Part shown: positions 34,550 through 45,329 of the stretch, one piece after another
How the letters are laid out: the number at the start of each line of letters is the position of its first letter
How positions within the stretch are numbered: the first letter of the stretch is position 1
Source of the DNA: Candidatus Bathyarchaeum tardum
GTDB taxonomy: Archaea; Thermoproteota; Bathyarchaeia; Bathyarchaeales; Bathyarchaeaceae
Assembly (NCBI GenBank): GCA_024650005.2
Contig: CP122380.1
Span: 640,001 to 704,000, forward strand
Length of the DNA stretch: 64,000 bases
Direction: 5' to 3'
Program-made: the position numbers and the translations under genes
The notes under the pieces: model-generated
Told to the model about the DNA's origin: nothing
The model's database searches: none
Seen by the model: only the letters and a program-made list of their open reading frames with translations

Positions 34550-36610
34550 CTATAGTAGCGCATACAACACAATTGTCGGTGCAAATACCGAAGCAACCAA
34601 AGCCATTACAGTAATCAACGTGTTCAACGAAGGTCCTGCCGTGTCTTTGAATGGGTCACCAACAGTGTCTCCAACAACAGCAGCTTTATGAGGTTCAGAA
34701 CCTTTTCCGCCAAATGCACCAGCTTCAATGTATTTCTTTGCGTTGTCCCAAAGTCCACCAGCGTTAGACATGAATAGAGCAAAGATAAGCCCTGAGAATA
34801 TGCTGCCTGCAAGAAAACCACCAAGGGCTTGAATTCCTCCAATGAAACCTACTATTAATGTAATGCCAATAGACAAAACACTTGGAAGAATTAATTCCTT
34901 AATTGCACCTTTTGTGGCTATGTCAACACAAGCTGCATAATCTGCTTTGACGCCTTCTTTGCCTTCTAGCAATCCCGGAATTTCTCTGAACTGTCGACGG
35001 ATTTCTTCAATCATACAGGAAGCATTTTTGCCAACGCTGAGCATTACCATTGCTGAAAACACTGCAGGTATTGTAAGACCCACAAGTGCTCCCGTCAAAA
35101 CCAACGGGTCCATCAGATCAAAAGTAATTAATGCACCAGTTTTTTCTTGAACTATAGCTTGGAATGCTGCAAGCAAAGCAATTACTGTTAATCCTGCTGC
35201 TCCAATGGCGAATCCTTTGGTTATTGCCTTAGAAGTGTTGCCAGCTGCGTCAAGACTTGCAGTAATGTCTAGGACTTCTTCGTCAAGTCCTGTTTGTTCT
35301 GCTATACCACCTGCGTTGTCTGCGATAGGTCCAAAAGCGTCACCGGCTACAATCATTCCAACAATCGACAACATTCCGACTGCTGCCATGCCAATACCGT
35401 AAACACCTGCTCCTTCTGCCTCGATGAAATATTCTGCTATCATGTATGATCCTGCAGAAGCGAAACCAATTCCTAGTAATGCTGGGAAAATACTTAGTAA
35501 TCCGTAAGAAAAGCCAGTGATAATATTAACTGCAGCGCCAGTCTGTGATGCTTCAGCTGTTCGTATTACTGGAAACTTGTCTATCGACGTGAAGAAGTCT
35601 GTTGTAATTCCAATAACAACACCTCCAATCAATCCAATTACTGCTGCTGCCCAAACGCCAATGTTAATGTCAAGATAATATGTTGCACCGAGGGTCATCA
35701 AAGCGAAAATGATGCATGTTAGATATGTTCCGATGTTGAGTGCTTTTCCAGGGTTTCCTTTTTTGCCTACTCGAACTATTGCAACTCCCAAAATGGAGGC
35801 TATAATTCCAAGTCCAGCAAACACAAGTGGCACATCGACAAATGATATTGAAACATAACTCGCAGTTTGAGATAGTGCAACACCAAGTGTCATTACTGCA
35901 ATTATACTTGCTACATATGAGTCAAAAAGATCTGATCCCATTCCTGCAACATCACCAACGTTGTCACCAACATTGTCGGCGATTACTCCAGGGTTTCGGG
36001 GGTCATCTTCGGGTATGTCATGTTCAACTTTTCCTACAAGGTCTGCTGCAACGTCGGCTGTTTTTGTATATATTCCACCGCCAATTTTGGCAAACAATGC
36101 TACTGCGCTTGCTCCAAAGCCGAAGCCCAGAACTATTTCTGGATCCATAGTAAAGTAGTAAACTGTGCTTAATCCAAGGAGAGCTAATCCGACTACGGCT
36201 AAGCCCATGACGGCTCCACCACGGAAAGCTATTGGAAATGCTTTGTTCAGTCCTTCTTTTGCGGCGTTTGCTGCTCTGACGTTTGCTTTTAGGGCAACAG
36301 TCATTCCCAAGACACCTGAAAAAGCAGAACAAAGTGCACCAAAAACGAATGCAATTCCCATTAAGTAACTAAATCCAATGTCTGCCACCATAGGAACAAA
36401 GGTTAAGATTACTGCCATGACTGCAACGAAAGTTGCGAGGTATTTGAATTCCACTTTCATGAATGCTCTGGCGCCTTCTTGGATGGCGTTAGAAATCTCT
36501 TGCATTTTTTCTGTTCCAGCACTTTGTCTGTTAATGTAAAAATAAAGATAAAGTGCAACTAGAATCGATATTGTTGCTGTAATAGGCGCAATTGTCCAAT
36601 CAATCATCAT
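34550..36610 (-). CDS. hppA: Membrane pyrophosphatase, K+-independent H+-pumping type
   Basis: [32 protein letters not shown] has Lys at the K+-dependence-determining position. Confidence 0.93.
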   Translation of the reverse strand: MMIDWTIAPITATISILVALYLYFYINRQSAGTEKMQEISNAIQEGARAFMKVEFKYLATFVAVMAVILTFVPMVADIGFSYLMGIAFVFGALCSAFSGVLGMTVALKANVRAANAAKEGLNKAFPIAFRGGAVMGLAVVGLALLGLSTVYYFTMDPEIVLGFGFGASAVALFAKIGGGIYTKTADVAADLVGKVEHDIPEDDPRNPGVIADNVGDNVGDVAGMGSDLFDSYVASIIAVMTLGVALSQTASYVSISFVDVPLVFAGLGIIASILGVAIVRVGKKGNPGKALNIGTYLTCIIFALMTLGATYYLDINIGVWAAAVIGLIGGVVIGITTDFFTSIDKFPVIRTAEASQTGAAVNIITGFSYGLLSIFPALLGIGFASAGSYMIAEYFIEAEGAGVYGIGMAAVGMLSIVGMIVAGDAFGPIADNAGGIAEQTGLDEEVLDITASLDAAGNTSKAITKGFAIGAAGLTVIALLAAFQAIVQEKTGALITFDLMDPLVLTGALVGLTIPAVFSAMVMLSVGKNASCMIEEIRRQFREIPGLLEGKEGVKADYAACVDIATKGAIKELILPSVLSIGITLIVGFIGGIQALGGFLAGSIFSGLIFALFMSNAGGLWDNAKKYIEAGAFGGKGSEPHKAAVVGDTVGDPFKDTAGPSLNTLITVMALVASVFAPTIVLYALL

Positions 36611-36855
36611 CGTAATTTTTCACACCTTTTTATAGAAGTATTACGGTTCCAGTTTGTTTGTTTTAAGGTTTTCCCTAATATTGATTGAATATCATTATGT
36701 TTGTGTATTTTTTATTATACGTATTTTGCATCTGAATATTATTTCATTATTCAGTGTATTTGTGAGAAAATTTTGTACATAATCTAAGAAACGCTTTTTA
36801 ATAACAACATGGTTCTTCCATCTAAACTCTGCAGATTGGAAAATAGGCGGTTGAA

Positions 36856-39600
36856 ATGAGTTCTGAATACCATTCGATGGAAAAAAAGGAACTTTTAGAA
36901 TCACTGAAAGTCACAGAAAAAGGATTAACAACCGAAGAAGCTGAACGACGACTAAAAGAGTTCGGACCAAACGAGCTTGTAGAAAAGAAAAAAATTAGTC
37001 CTCTTCAGATTTTCTTGGGGCAATTCAAAGACATCTTCGTAATCATGCTTTTGTTTGCGATGGCTGTTTCATTAATAATTGCATTTACCCACGATGGGAG
37101 CGAATACGTGGACGCTGCAACTATCGGTGCTATCATATTTCTTAACGCCCTAGTTGGCTTTGTTCAAGAATATCGTTCAGAAAAGGCAATGGAAGCCATG
37201 AAACAGCTCACGGCTCCCAAAGCCCGGGTGCTCAGGGATGGTCAAGAACAGCTAATTCCCGCAAGGGAAGTTGTCCCCGGAGATATTGTTCTCCTTGAAG
37301 CGGGAGACCGAATACCCGCGGATTCACGAGTTCTTGAAGTTGTAGACCTTAAAACTGATGAAGCAATTCTAACTGGAGAATCTACAGCTGTAGACAAAAA
37401 AGATGTAGTTCTTGGTCCAAAAACTGCTGTAGCTGATCGTAAAAATTCCCTTTTCATGGCTACTCACCTAACATATGGTCGAGGTAAAGCCGTAATAACT
37501 TCCACTGGAATGAAAACCGAATTCGGTAAAGTTGCTGAAATGGTTCAATCTGTAGAACAAACAGAATCACCCCTCAAACAAAAACTAACAAAATTCGCCA
37601 AAAAACTTGGAATCCTAATAATTTTAGTAAGCGCTGCAATATTCACAATAGAACTATACGAAATATTCTTTTTATCTGCAGGAGGCAGTTTTGAATCTGT
37701 TCTTGGTGATTTAATTGTCGCCTTTGAAACTGCAATTGCTCTTGCAGTTTCTGCAGTTCCTGAAGGTTTACCTGCAGTAGTAACTGTGTCTCTTGCTTTA
37801 GGTGCTAGAGAACTTGCAAAACGTAAAGCCCTAATCAGACGACTTTCCTCTGCGGAAACTTTGGGTGCTACAGACATAATTTGTTCTGACAAAACTGGAA
37901 CTTTGACCAAAGGCGAAATGACTGTGCGCAAAATCTACGTCAACGACAAAATGGTTAGCGTATCTGGTGCAGGTTATGAACCTAAAGGCGATTTCTTGGT
38001 TAACGGTAACAAAATAGATGCAACTAAAGAAACTGATCTTGAGTTGTTGCTAAGATCTAGCACATTGTGTGCCAACGCCAATTATGACGGAACTAAAGTG
38101 CTTGGTGACACAACTGAAGGAGCCATAATTGTTGCAGCTGCAAAGGCAGGAATGATTAAAACTGAGTTGGACAGTCAATATCCTCGTCTACAAGAAATAC
38201 CCTTTACTTCTGAGAGAAAACGAATGACCACAGTTCATAAAACACCTGATGGAAAAGTTGTTTCTTATGTCAAAGGTGCTGTTGAAATCCTGTTAGACCG
38301 TTCAGTGAATGTAATCAAAGGCGGCAAAGTAGTCAAATTAACTCAGACCGAAAAAGACCAAATCTTGAAAACCAATGAAGAAATGGCTAATCAAGCCCTT
38401 CGTGTTCTTGCAATTGCTTACAAAGAATTACCTCCAAATGCAAATACCGACTATGATGAAGAAGACCTAGAAAGCAACTTAGTGTTCATCGGTTTGGCAG
38501 GAATGATAGATCCTCCCCGAGATGAAGCAAAAGGTGCAAATGAACTTTGCCGAAAAGCAGGCATCAAGACTGTAATGATTACTGGAGACCACAAGCTCAC
38601 AGCAGTTGCCATCGCAAAAGAATTAACCATAATGGTCGAAGGCGACTTAGCTTTTACCGGTGCAGAATTAGACAAAATGACTGACACAGAATTTGAAAAC
38701 ATAGTTGAAAAAGCAGTTGTATATGCTCGTGTTTCGCCTGAACACAAACTTAGAATCGTAAAAGCCCTCAAAGACAAAGGTCACATCGTAGCTATGACTG
38801 GAGATGGAGTCAACGACGCTCCAGCACTCAAGCAAGCTGACATTGGTATTGCTATGGGAATCACTGGAACTGATGTTACGCGAGAAGCTGCAGACATGGT
38901 ACTGGCAGACGACAACTTTGCCACAATAGTCACAGCCGTTGAAGGCGGACGAGCCATATATGACAATATCCGCAAATTTTCATTTTTCCTGTTACGTTCC
39001 AATTTTGATGAACTTCTAGTAATTGCAGTCTTTGCATTTTTAGGACCCATCTTGGGAACCGAAGAAAGTATACTTCCTCTGACAGCACAAATGATTTTGT
39101 GGATAAATCTTGTTACCGATGGTGGTCCTGCACTTGCTTTGAGCATGGATCCACCTCAGGAAGATTTAATGAGTCGTAAACCACGAAACCCTAATGATGG
39201 GATACTCCATGGAAGAGGCGCTTCAATCATGGCTTCTTTCTTATCACAAGCCCTTGCTACTGGTGGGTTATTTGCTGTAGCATACTTTGTGTGGGGACAC
39301 TCCTTAGCGTATGCCCAGACTATGGCTTTCATGCAAGCCACACTTAGGGAATTGCTCGTCGTCTGGAATTGTAGATCAGAAACAAAGAGCGCATTCAGGC
39401 TGAGCTTTACATCAAATAAATTCCTGTTGTTTGCAGTAATTGCCTCAATGATAGTGTCAGCTGCAGTTCCGTACACCGGGTTACTTGGAACCGTTCCTTT
39501 GAGTCTAATGGATTGGGCTGTAATAATACCCATCTCGATGTCTGGCTTCCTGATTATGCCTGAAATATTCTACGGTCGAAAGATTTGGCGCTGGGGTTAA
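36856..39600 (+). CDS. P-type ATPase, type IIA (Ca2+-like)
   Basis: TGES, VPEGL, DKTGTLT, TGDGVND, WINLVTDG. Confidence 0.93.
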   Translation: MSSEYHSMEKKELLESLKVTEKGLTTEEAERRLKEFGPNELVEKKKISPLQIFLGQFKDIFVIMLLFAMAVSLIIAFTHDGSEYVDAATIGAIIFLNALVGFVQEYRSEKAMEAMKQLTAPKARVLRDGQEQLIPAREVVPGDIVLLEAGDRIPADSRVLEVVDLKTDEAILTGESTAVDKKDVVLGPKTAVADRKNSLFMATHLTYGRGKAVITSTGMKTEFGKVAEMVQSVEQTESPLKQKLTKFAKKLGILIILVSAAIFTIELYEIFFLSAGGSFESVLGDLIVAFETAIALAVSAVPEGLPAVVTVSLALGARELAKRKALIRRLSSAETLGATDIICSDKTGTLTKGEMTVRKIYVNDKMVSVSGAGYEPKGDFLVNGNKIDATKETDLELLLRSSTLCANANYDGTKVLGDTTEGAIIVAAAKAGMIKTELDSQYPRLQEIPFTSERKRMTTVHKTPDGKVVSYVKGAVEILLDRSVNVIKGGKVVKLTQTEKDQILKTNEEMANQALRVLAIAYKELPPNANTDYDEEDLESNLVFIGLAGMIDPPRDEAKGANELCRKAGIKTVMITGDHKLTAVAIAKELTIMVEGDLAFTGAELDKMTDTEFENIVEKAVVYARVSPEHKLRIVKALKDKGHIVAMTGDGVNDAPALKQADIGIAMGITGTDVTREAADMVLADDNFATIVTAVEGGRAIYDNIRKFSFFLLRSNFDELLVIAVFAFLGPILGTEESILPLTAQMILWINLVTDGGPALALSMDPPQEDLMSRKPRNPNDGILHGRGASIMASFLSQALATGGLFAVAYFVWGHSLAYAQTMAFMQATLRELLVVWNCRSETKSAFRLSFTSNKFLLFAVIASMIVSAAVPYTGLLGTVPLSLMDWAVIIPISMSGFLIMPEIFYGRKIWRWG

Positions 39601-39614
39601 ACTGGTGGAAGTTG

Positions 39615-39649
39615 ACTACCTAGAAATAGGTAGTTCAAATCTTTTTTTT
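39615..39649 (+). terminator. Hairpin + T-run after the P-type ATPase
   Basis: ACTACCTA-GAAA-TAGGTAGT followed by a T tract. Confidence 0.55.
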
Positions 39650-39713
39650 CAATCTTTATTTTTTTTTCATAAGTAAGATAAGGTGTTAGCATAAGGAATA
39701 TTTTTGAAGAAAA

Positions 39714-39941
39714 ATGTTTAAGACACCTTCAAGTTTACGATTCTTGTTTCACAGTTTCGGTCTAGGTTGTGTAAGTAGCGCCATCTTTTTGCAAGTGCTA
39801 GTTTTCTGGGACATTTCACAAACAGGATTCTTCAGAGCTACCGAAAAAAACCAGGCAATACTATCGTTTGAAATATTTCTAACCGTATTTGCTCTAGTAT
39901 ATTTTGTTTACCTATATCAACGATTAATTCGGTCAATCTAG
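39714..39941 (+). CDS. Small two-TM hypothetical protein
   Basis: 75 aa with two hydrophobic helices. Confidence 0.6.
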   Translation: MFKTPSSLRFLFHSFGLGCVSSAIFLQVLVFWDISQTGFFRATEKNQAILSFEIFLTVFALVYFVYLYQRLIRSI

Positions 39942-40066
39942 TGGTAAAGCTAAAATTCATCTTTTTACAAGGTGCCTGTCTATTTTTTTACTTTTTTCTT
40001 TTATCGGAACTGTTAAATATTTCTCTATTTGAAAAATGAGGGCAGTGGTTTTCAGAGGTAACAGCA

Positions 40067-40735
40067 ATGAAATTCAAGAAATTGTTTGCCCTAATAGTTT
40101 GTGTTTTCCTATTTACTATGAGTTTTTCGGGGATTGTTTGGTCCCAATCTGAGCAAACAAAAAATGTGTACACTCTTGCTTATGGAGGTTTACTCATAGA
40201 CATTGTTGCTCCTGTTCAGTCTTCTCCTGGAGAAACAATAACCATAACTATAACCACTGAAGCTGTAACCCAAGTCCAAGTTGACGTTGAATACATTGAC
40301 GTTTTAGTCTATGGACTTATAAATGCTAAAGACGAAATTTCCCTTGCTGAAATTACACACATTCAAAATATGCCGCTTACTTTCCATGAAGCAAACTACC
40401 AAATATCAGTTCCAAATGATATCTCACCCGGATTGATATATGGAATAATTACTTCTGAATGGGATTTCATGGGTTCTCATCAAAAGATTACTCCCTCTGG
40501 TTTTGCTTTAACTTACATTCAAAACATCGAATTAGAAGAACTGCGGGCCGAATACAATCAACTAAATGCTACTTACCACAATAGTTTGAAGAATTATACC
40601 AACCTAGAATCTGATCTAAGTGTAGAATTAGATTCCACACGAAACTTGATGTATATTTTTGTTGCAACAACAGTTGTCGCAAGTATCACAGTAATTGTTC
40701 TTTTAATGCGAAAACCCAAAAAAATCTGGATTTAA
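40067..40735 (+). CDS. Secreted, C-terminally anchored hypothetical protein
   Basis: Signal peptide, beta domain, coiled coil, C-terminal TM + basic tail. Confidence 0.75.
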   Translation: MKFKKLFALIVCVFLFTMSFSGIVWSQSEQTKNVYTLAYGGLLIDIVAPVQSSPGETITITITTEAVTQVQVDVEYIDVLVYGLINAKDEISLAEITHIQNMPLTFHEANYQISVPNDISPGLIYGIITSEWDFMGSHQKITPSGFALTYIQNIELEELRAEYNQLNATYHNSLKNYTNLESDLSVELDSTRNLMYIFVATTVVASITVIVLLMRKPKKIWI

Positions 40736-41733
40736 AAACCCAAATTTTTTCTCTCTTTTTCAACCTCTTTTGGCAACAACGAACGTGGATAATTGTACAA
40801 TGGTCCAGATGGTTTTTCATTATAGTATGGTCGATTGCAATCTGGACATCCTGATGTAAGGAAAGGTTCTCCTTTTTGTAACGTTTTCATTAAATCTTCT
40901 TTAGTGACTCCAAAACTTGTAATCTTTCCGTTGTTGTCAAATTCCATTTCTCTAATAGTTGTTTTTCCGTTTGTTAGCAAAAAATTGGCAACTTGTGTTC
41001 GTCGATAATAACTTAGCTGGGGGGGCAGGTTGTTTTCAAGGGCTGTTCCCTTGATTGGCGTGAAAGCAAACAAAGCAGGTTTTATTCGTGAATCAACGCA
41101 CCATTGAATTGTTTGACATAGTTCTTTTTCTGTTTCTCCTAGGCCAACAATAAGATGCGTGCTAACAAACTCATAACCAAAAACAGTAACGGCTTCTTGT
41201 AATGCTTTTCTTTGTTCACTCCATTTGTATTTTGCACCCACATTTGTTCCCTTTATTTTTTCAAAAATTTGTTCTGTAGCTGCATCCAAAGCAATGCATA
41301 TTCGGTTCACCCCTGCTTGAAACATATGTTCCGCTTGTTCTTTGTTTAATGGCTTACAAGAAACTGAAATTGGAACATCCACTTTAGTTTTGATTTTTTT
41401 AACGAGGCACAAAACGTCACCAAAAACCTGTGGATAATTAAGGGACTGAACACAAATCCGCTTAATTTTTGCTGTTTTCGCTGCTTTTTCTATACTTGAT
41501 ATCACTTCTTCAGCAGGAAATTCTGGCCACGTAACCCTAGAAAGCATATTCGCTCTTGAATTGCTATGTTTTGCTTGGGTACAAAAACTACAATTAGCCA
41601 AACATTTTGTGCCTCGCCCCAAAAGCAGATACGCTGTAGTTGGTTTAACATCAATACTGCCTTTTTTCAGATCCAATACAATGGCGGAACCAATAGAAAC
41701 ACGAATTTTTTCAATAATACCTTTCTCTTTCAT
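40732..41733 (-). CDS. lipS2: Radical SAM lipoyl synthase subunit LipS2
   Basis: CLANCSFC and TSGCPDCNRP motif; adjacent to lipS1 and gcvH. Confidence 0.85.
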   Translation of the reverse strand: MKEKGIIEKIRVSIGSAIVLDLKKGSIDVKPTTAYLLLGRGTKCLANCSFCTQAKHSNSRANMLSRVTWPEFPAEEVISSIEKAAKTAKIKRICVQSLNYPQVFGDVLCLVKKIKTKVDVPISVSCKPLNKEQAEHMFQAGVNRICIALDAATEQIFEKIKGTNVGAKYKWSEQRKALQEAVTVFGYEFVSTHLIVGLGETEKELCQTIQWCVDSRIKPALFAFTPIKGTALENNLPPQLSYYRRTQVANFLLTNGKTTIREMEFDNNGKITSFGVTKEDLMKTLQKGEPFLTSGCPDCNRPYYNEKPSGPLYNYPRSLLPKEVEKERKNLGF

Positions 41734-41890
41734 CGGTTACACCAGATGTCTGGAAGCTATTAATTGAAATCTTGTATTTAATTATCTTAATTTTTGGGTT
41801 GTATATGTGACCCCAAAAACAGATTCTCTAAAGAACGTTTGGCTATATCCTCAAAACCTTTTTAGAAAACGTAACTGAATGTAAACAAGT

Positions 41891-42877
41891 ATGACAAGTC
41901 TAAACGCCAAAGAAATATGGCAAATGCCCAAAGAAAAATTTGTTTCTTTGCTTGAAAACGGAGCCTTTTCCCCTGAAACACAAACCATCAATTTTTTTGC
42001 TCCAAGTTTTGTTCACTATAAAAACAAGTTTTTTTGTTCTTCTCAGAACAGTTTTCCATCAATTTCTGTTACTGGTTCTTCTTGTGCCCTGAACTGTAAA
42101 CACTGCAACAAAAAAGTGCTAAACACAATGACTCCAGTTAATAGTCCAAAGGACCTTTTTGATGTTTGTAAAAAATTGAAAAACGATGGCGCACAAGGTT
42201 GTTTAATAAGTGGAGGCTGTGGGTTAGATGGCTCGGTTCCATTAACTAATTTTATTGATGCTTTCAAAAAAATAAAAACCGAGTTGGACCTGAAGCTTTC
42301 AGTTCATACTGGGCTAGTTGATTTTATTACTGCAGAAGAGTTGAAGAACGCTGGGGTTGACTCTGTATTAATTGATGTTATTGGTTCAGATGAAACGATT
42401 AAGGAAATTTACAATCTTGATGTTACTGTTACGGTTTATGAAAAATCTTTGAAAGCGTTGCAAGATTCCGAAATTCCGTTTATTCCTCATGTGCTTGTGG
42501 GCTTGCATTACGGTCATCTTAAGGGCGAGTTTAAGGCATTAAACCTGATTTCAAAATATTCGCCTTCTGCAGTCATAATAATTGCGTTTATACCTATCCA
42601 TGGTACGCCTATGGAAAATGTGGAACCCCCTGAACCTGCAGACATTATAAGAACTCTTGTTTGTGCAAAACTATTGATGCCAACTGTTCCTGTTGTTTTG
42701 GGGTGCATGAGACCCAAAGGTGAACATCGCAAAATAACTGACGTTTTTGCAGTTAAAGCTGGAGTAGATGCAATAGCTTTCCCTGTTGAAGATGCAATTC
42801 AAACCGCTCAGTCACTGAATTTAGAAATGCTTTTTTCATCTGTTTGTTGTTCCCAGATTTATGAACTCAATTTTTAG
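41891..42877 (+). CDS. lipS1: Radical SAM lipoyl synthase subunit LipS1
   Basis: CALNCKHC, GCMRP and C-terminal CC motifs. Confidence 0.85.
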   Translation: MTSLNAKEIWQMPKEKFVSLLENGAFSPETQTINFFAPSFVHYKNKFFCSSQNSFPSISVTGSSCALNCKHCNKKVLNTMTPVNSPKDLFDVCKKLKNDGAQGCLISGGCGLDGSVPLTNFIDAFKKIKTELDLKLSVHTGLVDFITAEELKNAGVDSVLIDVIGSDETIKEIYNLDVTVTVYEKSLKALQDSEIPFIPHVLVGLHYGHLKGEFKALNLISKYSPSAVIIIAFIPIHGTPMENVEPPEPADIIRTLVCAKLLMPTVPVVLGCMRPKGEHRKITDVFAVKAGVDAIAFPVEDAIQTAQSLNLEMLFSSVCCSQIYELNF

Positions 42878-42946
42878 TGATTTTTATGTTGACCTTTTTA
42901 ATAGTTAGCTTTTTAAGATAAACAGATCCCCATACCTAACTGCTAA

Positions 42947-43393
42947 TTGGTGAAAATAATCATGGTCAAGGTTAACGACTACGAAGTACCCGAGAACCTG
43001 TATTACCACAAAGAATACCTCTGGGCAAGCGTCGAAGACGGAAAAGTGAAAATTGGGCTAATCGATTATGCTCAAAAACAAATAAACGACGTGATCTATG
43101 TTGAACTTCCAAGCGTTGGGGACTCTGTAACTAAGGATGAACCCTTCGGTATTTTGGAATCAGTAAAAGCAGTTTCAGACTTGATTGCTCCCGTAAGCGG
43201 CACCATAGAAGCAGTCAACGAAGAACTCGACTCCAAACCCGAATTACTCAACGAAGACCCCTACGGCGAAGGATGGATTATAATCATAGAACCAACTAAC
43301 CTTGAAGAAGACCTAAAAACCCTGCTGTCTTTTGATGCCGCAGTGGAATGGCATAAATCCCTGGTGAAAGACGAAAAAACTGACCAAGAATAA
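42947..43393 (+). CDS. gcvH: Glycine cleavage H protein (lipoyl carrier)
   Basis: ESVKAVSD lipoyl-Lys; NEDPYGEGW. Confidence 0.95.
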   Translation: MVKIIMVKVNDYEVPENLYYHKEYLWASVEDGKVKIGLIDYAQKQINDVIYVELPSVGDSVTKDEPFGILESVKAVSDLIAPVSGTIEAVNEELDSKPELLNEDPYGEGWIIIIEPTNLEEDLKTLLSFDAAVEWHKSLVKDEKTDQE

Positions 43394-43476
43394 GGGCTTA
43401 ACCGAAATTGGTGAAAATTTACAAAAAAATAATTCTAAACACCCTATTTAATTGATAAAAGATTTTTTATCTAACC

Positions 43477-43698
43477 TTGACAATTAGTGTGTCAACAAAA
43501 AGCTGGGATTTCGTAATGGCAAAAATCCATAAAGATATCATCAAACTGATTTCAGAAAAACCAATGACCCTTGTTGAAATTGCAGAAACACTTGAAGTAA
43601 CCGAAAAGAAAACTTACAACGCTTTAAAGAAACTTTTCAGTGACGGAGAAATTGAATCTGACCCTAAAACTCGTACCTACTCTGTTACAAAAAAATAG
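43477..43698 (+). CDS. Small winged-HTH protein
   Basis: PMTLVEIAETLEV...YNALKKL...TYSV. Confidence 0.7.
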   Translation: MTISVSTKSWDFVMAKIHKDIIKLISEKPMTLVEIAETLEVTEKKTYNALKKLFSDGEIESDPKTRTYSVTKK

Positions 43699-43786
43699 AG
43701 AAAAAAGCTTTCTTTGTTCATTTTTTAACTCTAACTATCATTAGAACAAGGTTAATATGGAAACCGTTCTTAACTGATAGCCAGAG

Positions 43787-45139
43787 TTGAAGATTATGCC
43801 CCGAAAAATTGTAATTATTGGGGCCAATGCGGCAGGTGTTGATGCAGCTTCTGCTGCTAGGAAAACCGATAGATCCGCTGAAATCACTCTTGTCACCAAA
43901 GAGGACAAAGTGGCTTATTCACGGTGTGGTATTCCTTTTGTTTTGGGCGGGCAGATTGAGTCTTTTGATGATTTAGTTGTTTTTCCTGAAAGTTTCTTCA
44001 AAATGATGAAATTAAATCTTCTAACTCGAACCACAGTAAATAGTATTGATCCAAAAACAAAGACCGTAACCTTAACCAATGATGCTGGAAACAAAAGCTC
44101 CCTTTCATACGATAGTTTGATTATTGCCACTGGAGCAGACCCACGCGTGCCAAAGATGCATGGTTTAGAAAAGCAAGGGGTCTTTTTTGTTCGAACCATT
44201 GAAGATGGTCAAAGAATTGATAATGCACTTGAAACTGCAAAATCGATAGTTATTATTGGCAGTGGACTTGTTGGATTAGAAGTTGCTGTAGCTTGTCGCG
44301 AACGAGGTTTAAAAGTTACAATTGTTGAATTTTTGCCCTGTGTCTTACCATTTCTTCTTGACAATGACTTGGCTGACCGTGTTCAAAAAAATCTTGAAGA
44401 AAAGAGCGTAACTTTTGTTCTCGGCGAACCCGTTGAAGAAATCCTTGGTTCTACTAAAGTTACTGGAGTTCGTGTTGCACAAAATATTATCCCTGCAGAC
44501 GTTGTAGTGGTTGCCACTGGCGTTACTCCAAACGTTGAATTGGCAAAAAACGCTGGAGTAAAAGTTGGTAAAACAAAAGCAATAAAAACAAACTCTAAAA
44601 TGGAAACCAACATTCCCGACATTTATGCTGCTGGTGACTGTGTAGAATCTGTAAACCTTGTCACTGGCGAACCAATGTTAAGTCAACTTGGAACAACCGC
44701 TGTGAGGCAAGGAAAAGTTGCCGGAACTAACGCTGCTGGTGGGGTATCAGAATTCATGGGGACCTTGGGGTCTTGGATAACTCGACTGTTTGACATTGAA
44801 GTTGGTGGTGCTGGTCTTCCAGGGTTCATGGCTAAAAAATATGGTATTAAATCAGTTTCTGCAACTATTAATTCAAAAACCCGTGCAGATTATTATCCTG
44901 GAGCTTTGCCTATTCGAATTAAACTTGTTGCCGAAAAAGAAACTGGAAAACTACTTAGTGCTCAAATAATCGGCGGCGAAGAAGTAACCCAACGCATAAA
45001 TGCTCTGTCTTTTATGATTCAAAAAGAAATGACTGCTCAAGAACTTGCACAAGCTGAAACATGTTATGCTCCTCCTGTTTCAGAAACTTGGGAACCTATG
45101 GTTTTAGCTGCAGACTTGTTGCTAAAAAAGTTAAAGTAG
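43787..45139 (+). CDS. CoA-disulfide reductase / NADH oxidase family flavoprotein
   Basis: IIGANAAG, YSRCGIP, GSGLVGLE, YAAGDC, CYAPP. Confidence 0.88.
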   Translation: MKIMPRKIVIIGANAAGVDAASAARKTDRSAEITLVTKEDKVAYSRCGIPFVLGGQIESFDDLVVFPESFFKMMKLNLLTRTTVNSIDPKTKTVTLTNDAGNKSSLSYDSLIIATGADPRVPKMHGLEKQGVFFVRTIEDGQRIDNALETAKSIVIIGSGLVGLEVAVACRERGLKVTIVEFLPCVLPFLLDNDLADRVQKNLEEKSVTFVLGEPVEEILGSTKVTGVRVAQNIIPADVVVVATGVTPNVELAKNAGVKVGKTKAIKTNSKMETNIPDIYAAGDCVESVNLVTGEPMLSQLGTTAVRQGKVAGTNAAGGVSEFMGTLGSWITRLFDIEVGGAGLPGFMAKKYGIKSVSATINSKTRADYYPGALPIRIKLVAEKETGKLLSAQIIGGEEVTQRINALSFMIQKEMTAQELAQAETCYAPPVSETWEPMVLAADLLLKKLK

Positions 45140-45185
45140 ATTCTTTTCTGGTTACTTGTTTAGTTTTTAAACCGTCATTTTCTGG

Positions 45186-45288
45186 CTAAAAAGAAAGCTT
45201 TATTTGGTTAAGTTTTTCCCTAAAGAAATATTGCACTTTTTGTTTTTGTATTTCTTTGGGTGTTTCTAAAAAGAAAGCTTTATTTGGT
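45186..45288 (+). promoter_or_regulatory. Duplicated 23-bp BRE/TATA-like element upstream of the hydrogenase genes
   Basis: CTAAAAAGAAAGCTTTATTTGGT at 45186-45208 and 45266-45288. Confidence 0.65.
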
Positions 45289-45329
45289 CGGGTCACTTTA
45301 TCCGAGTTTCTTGTAAACGGTGGTTCCTA

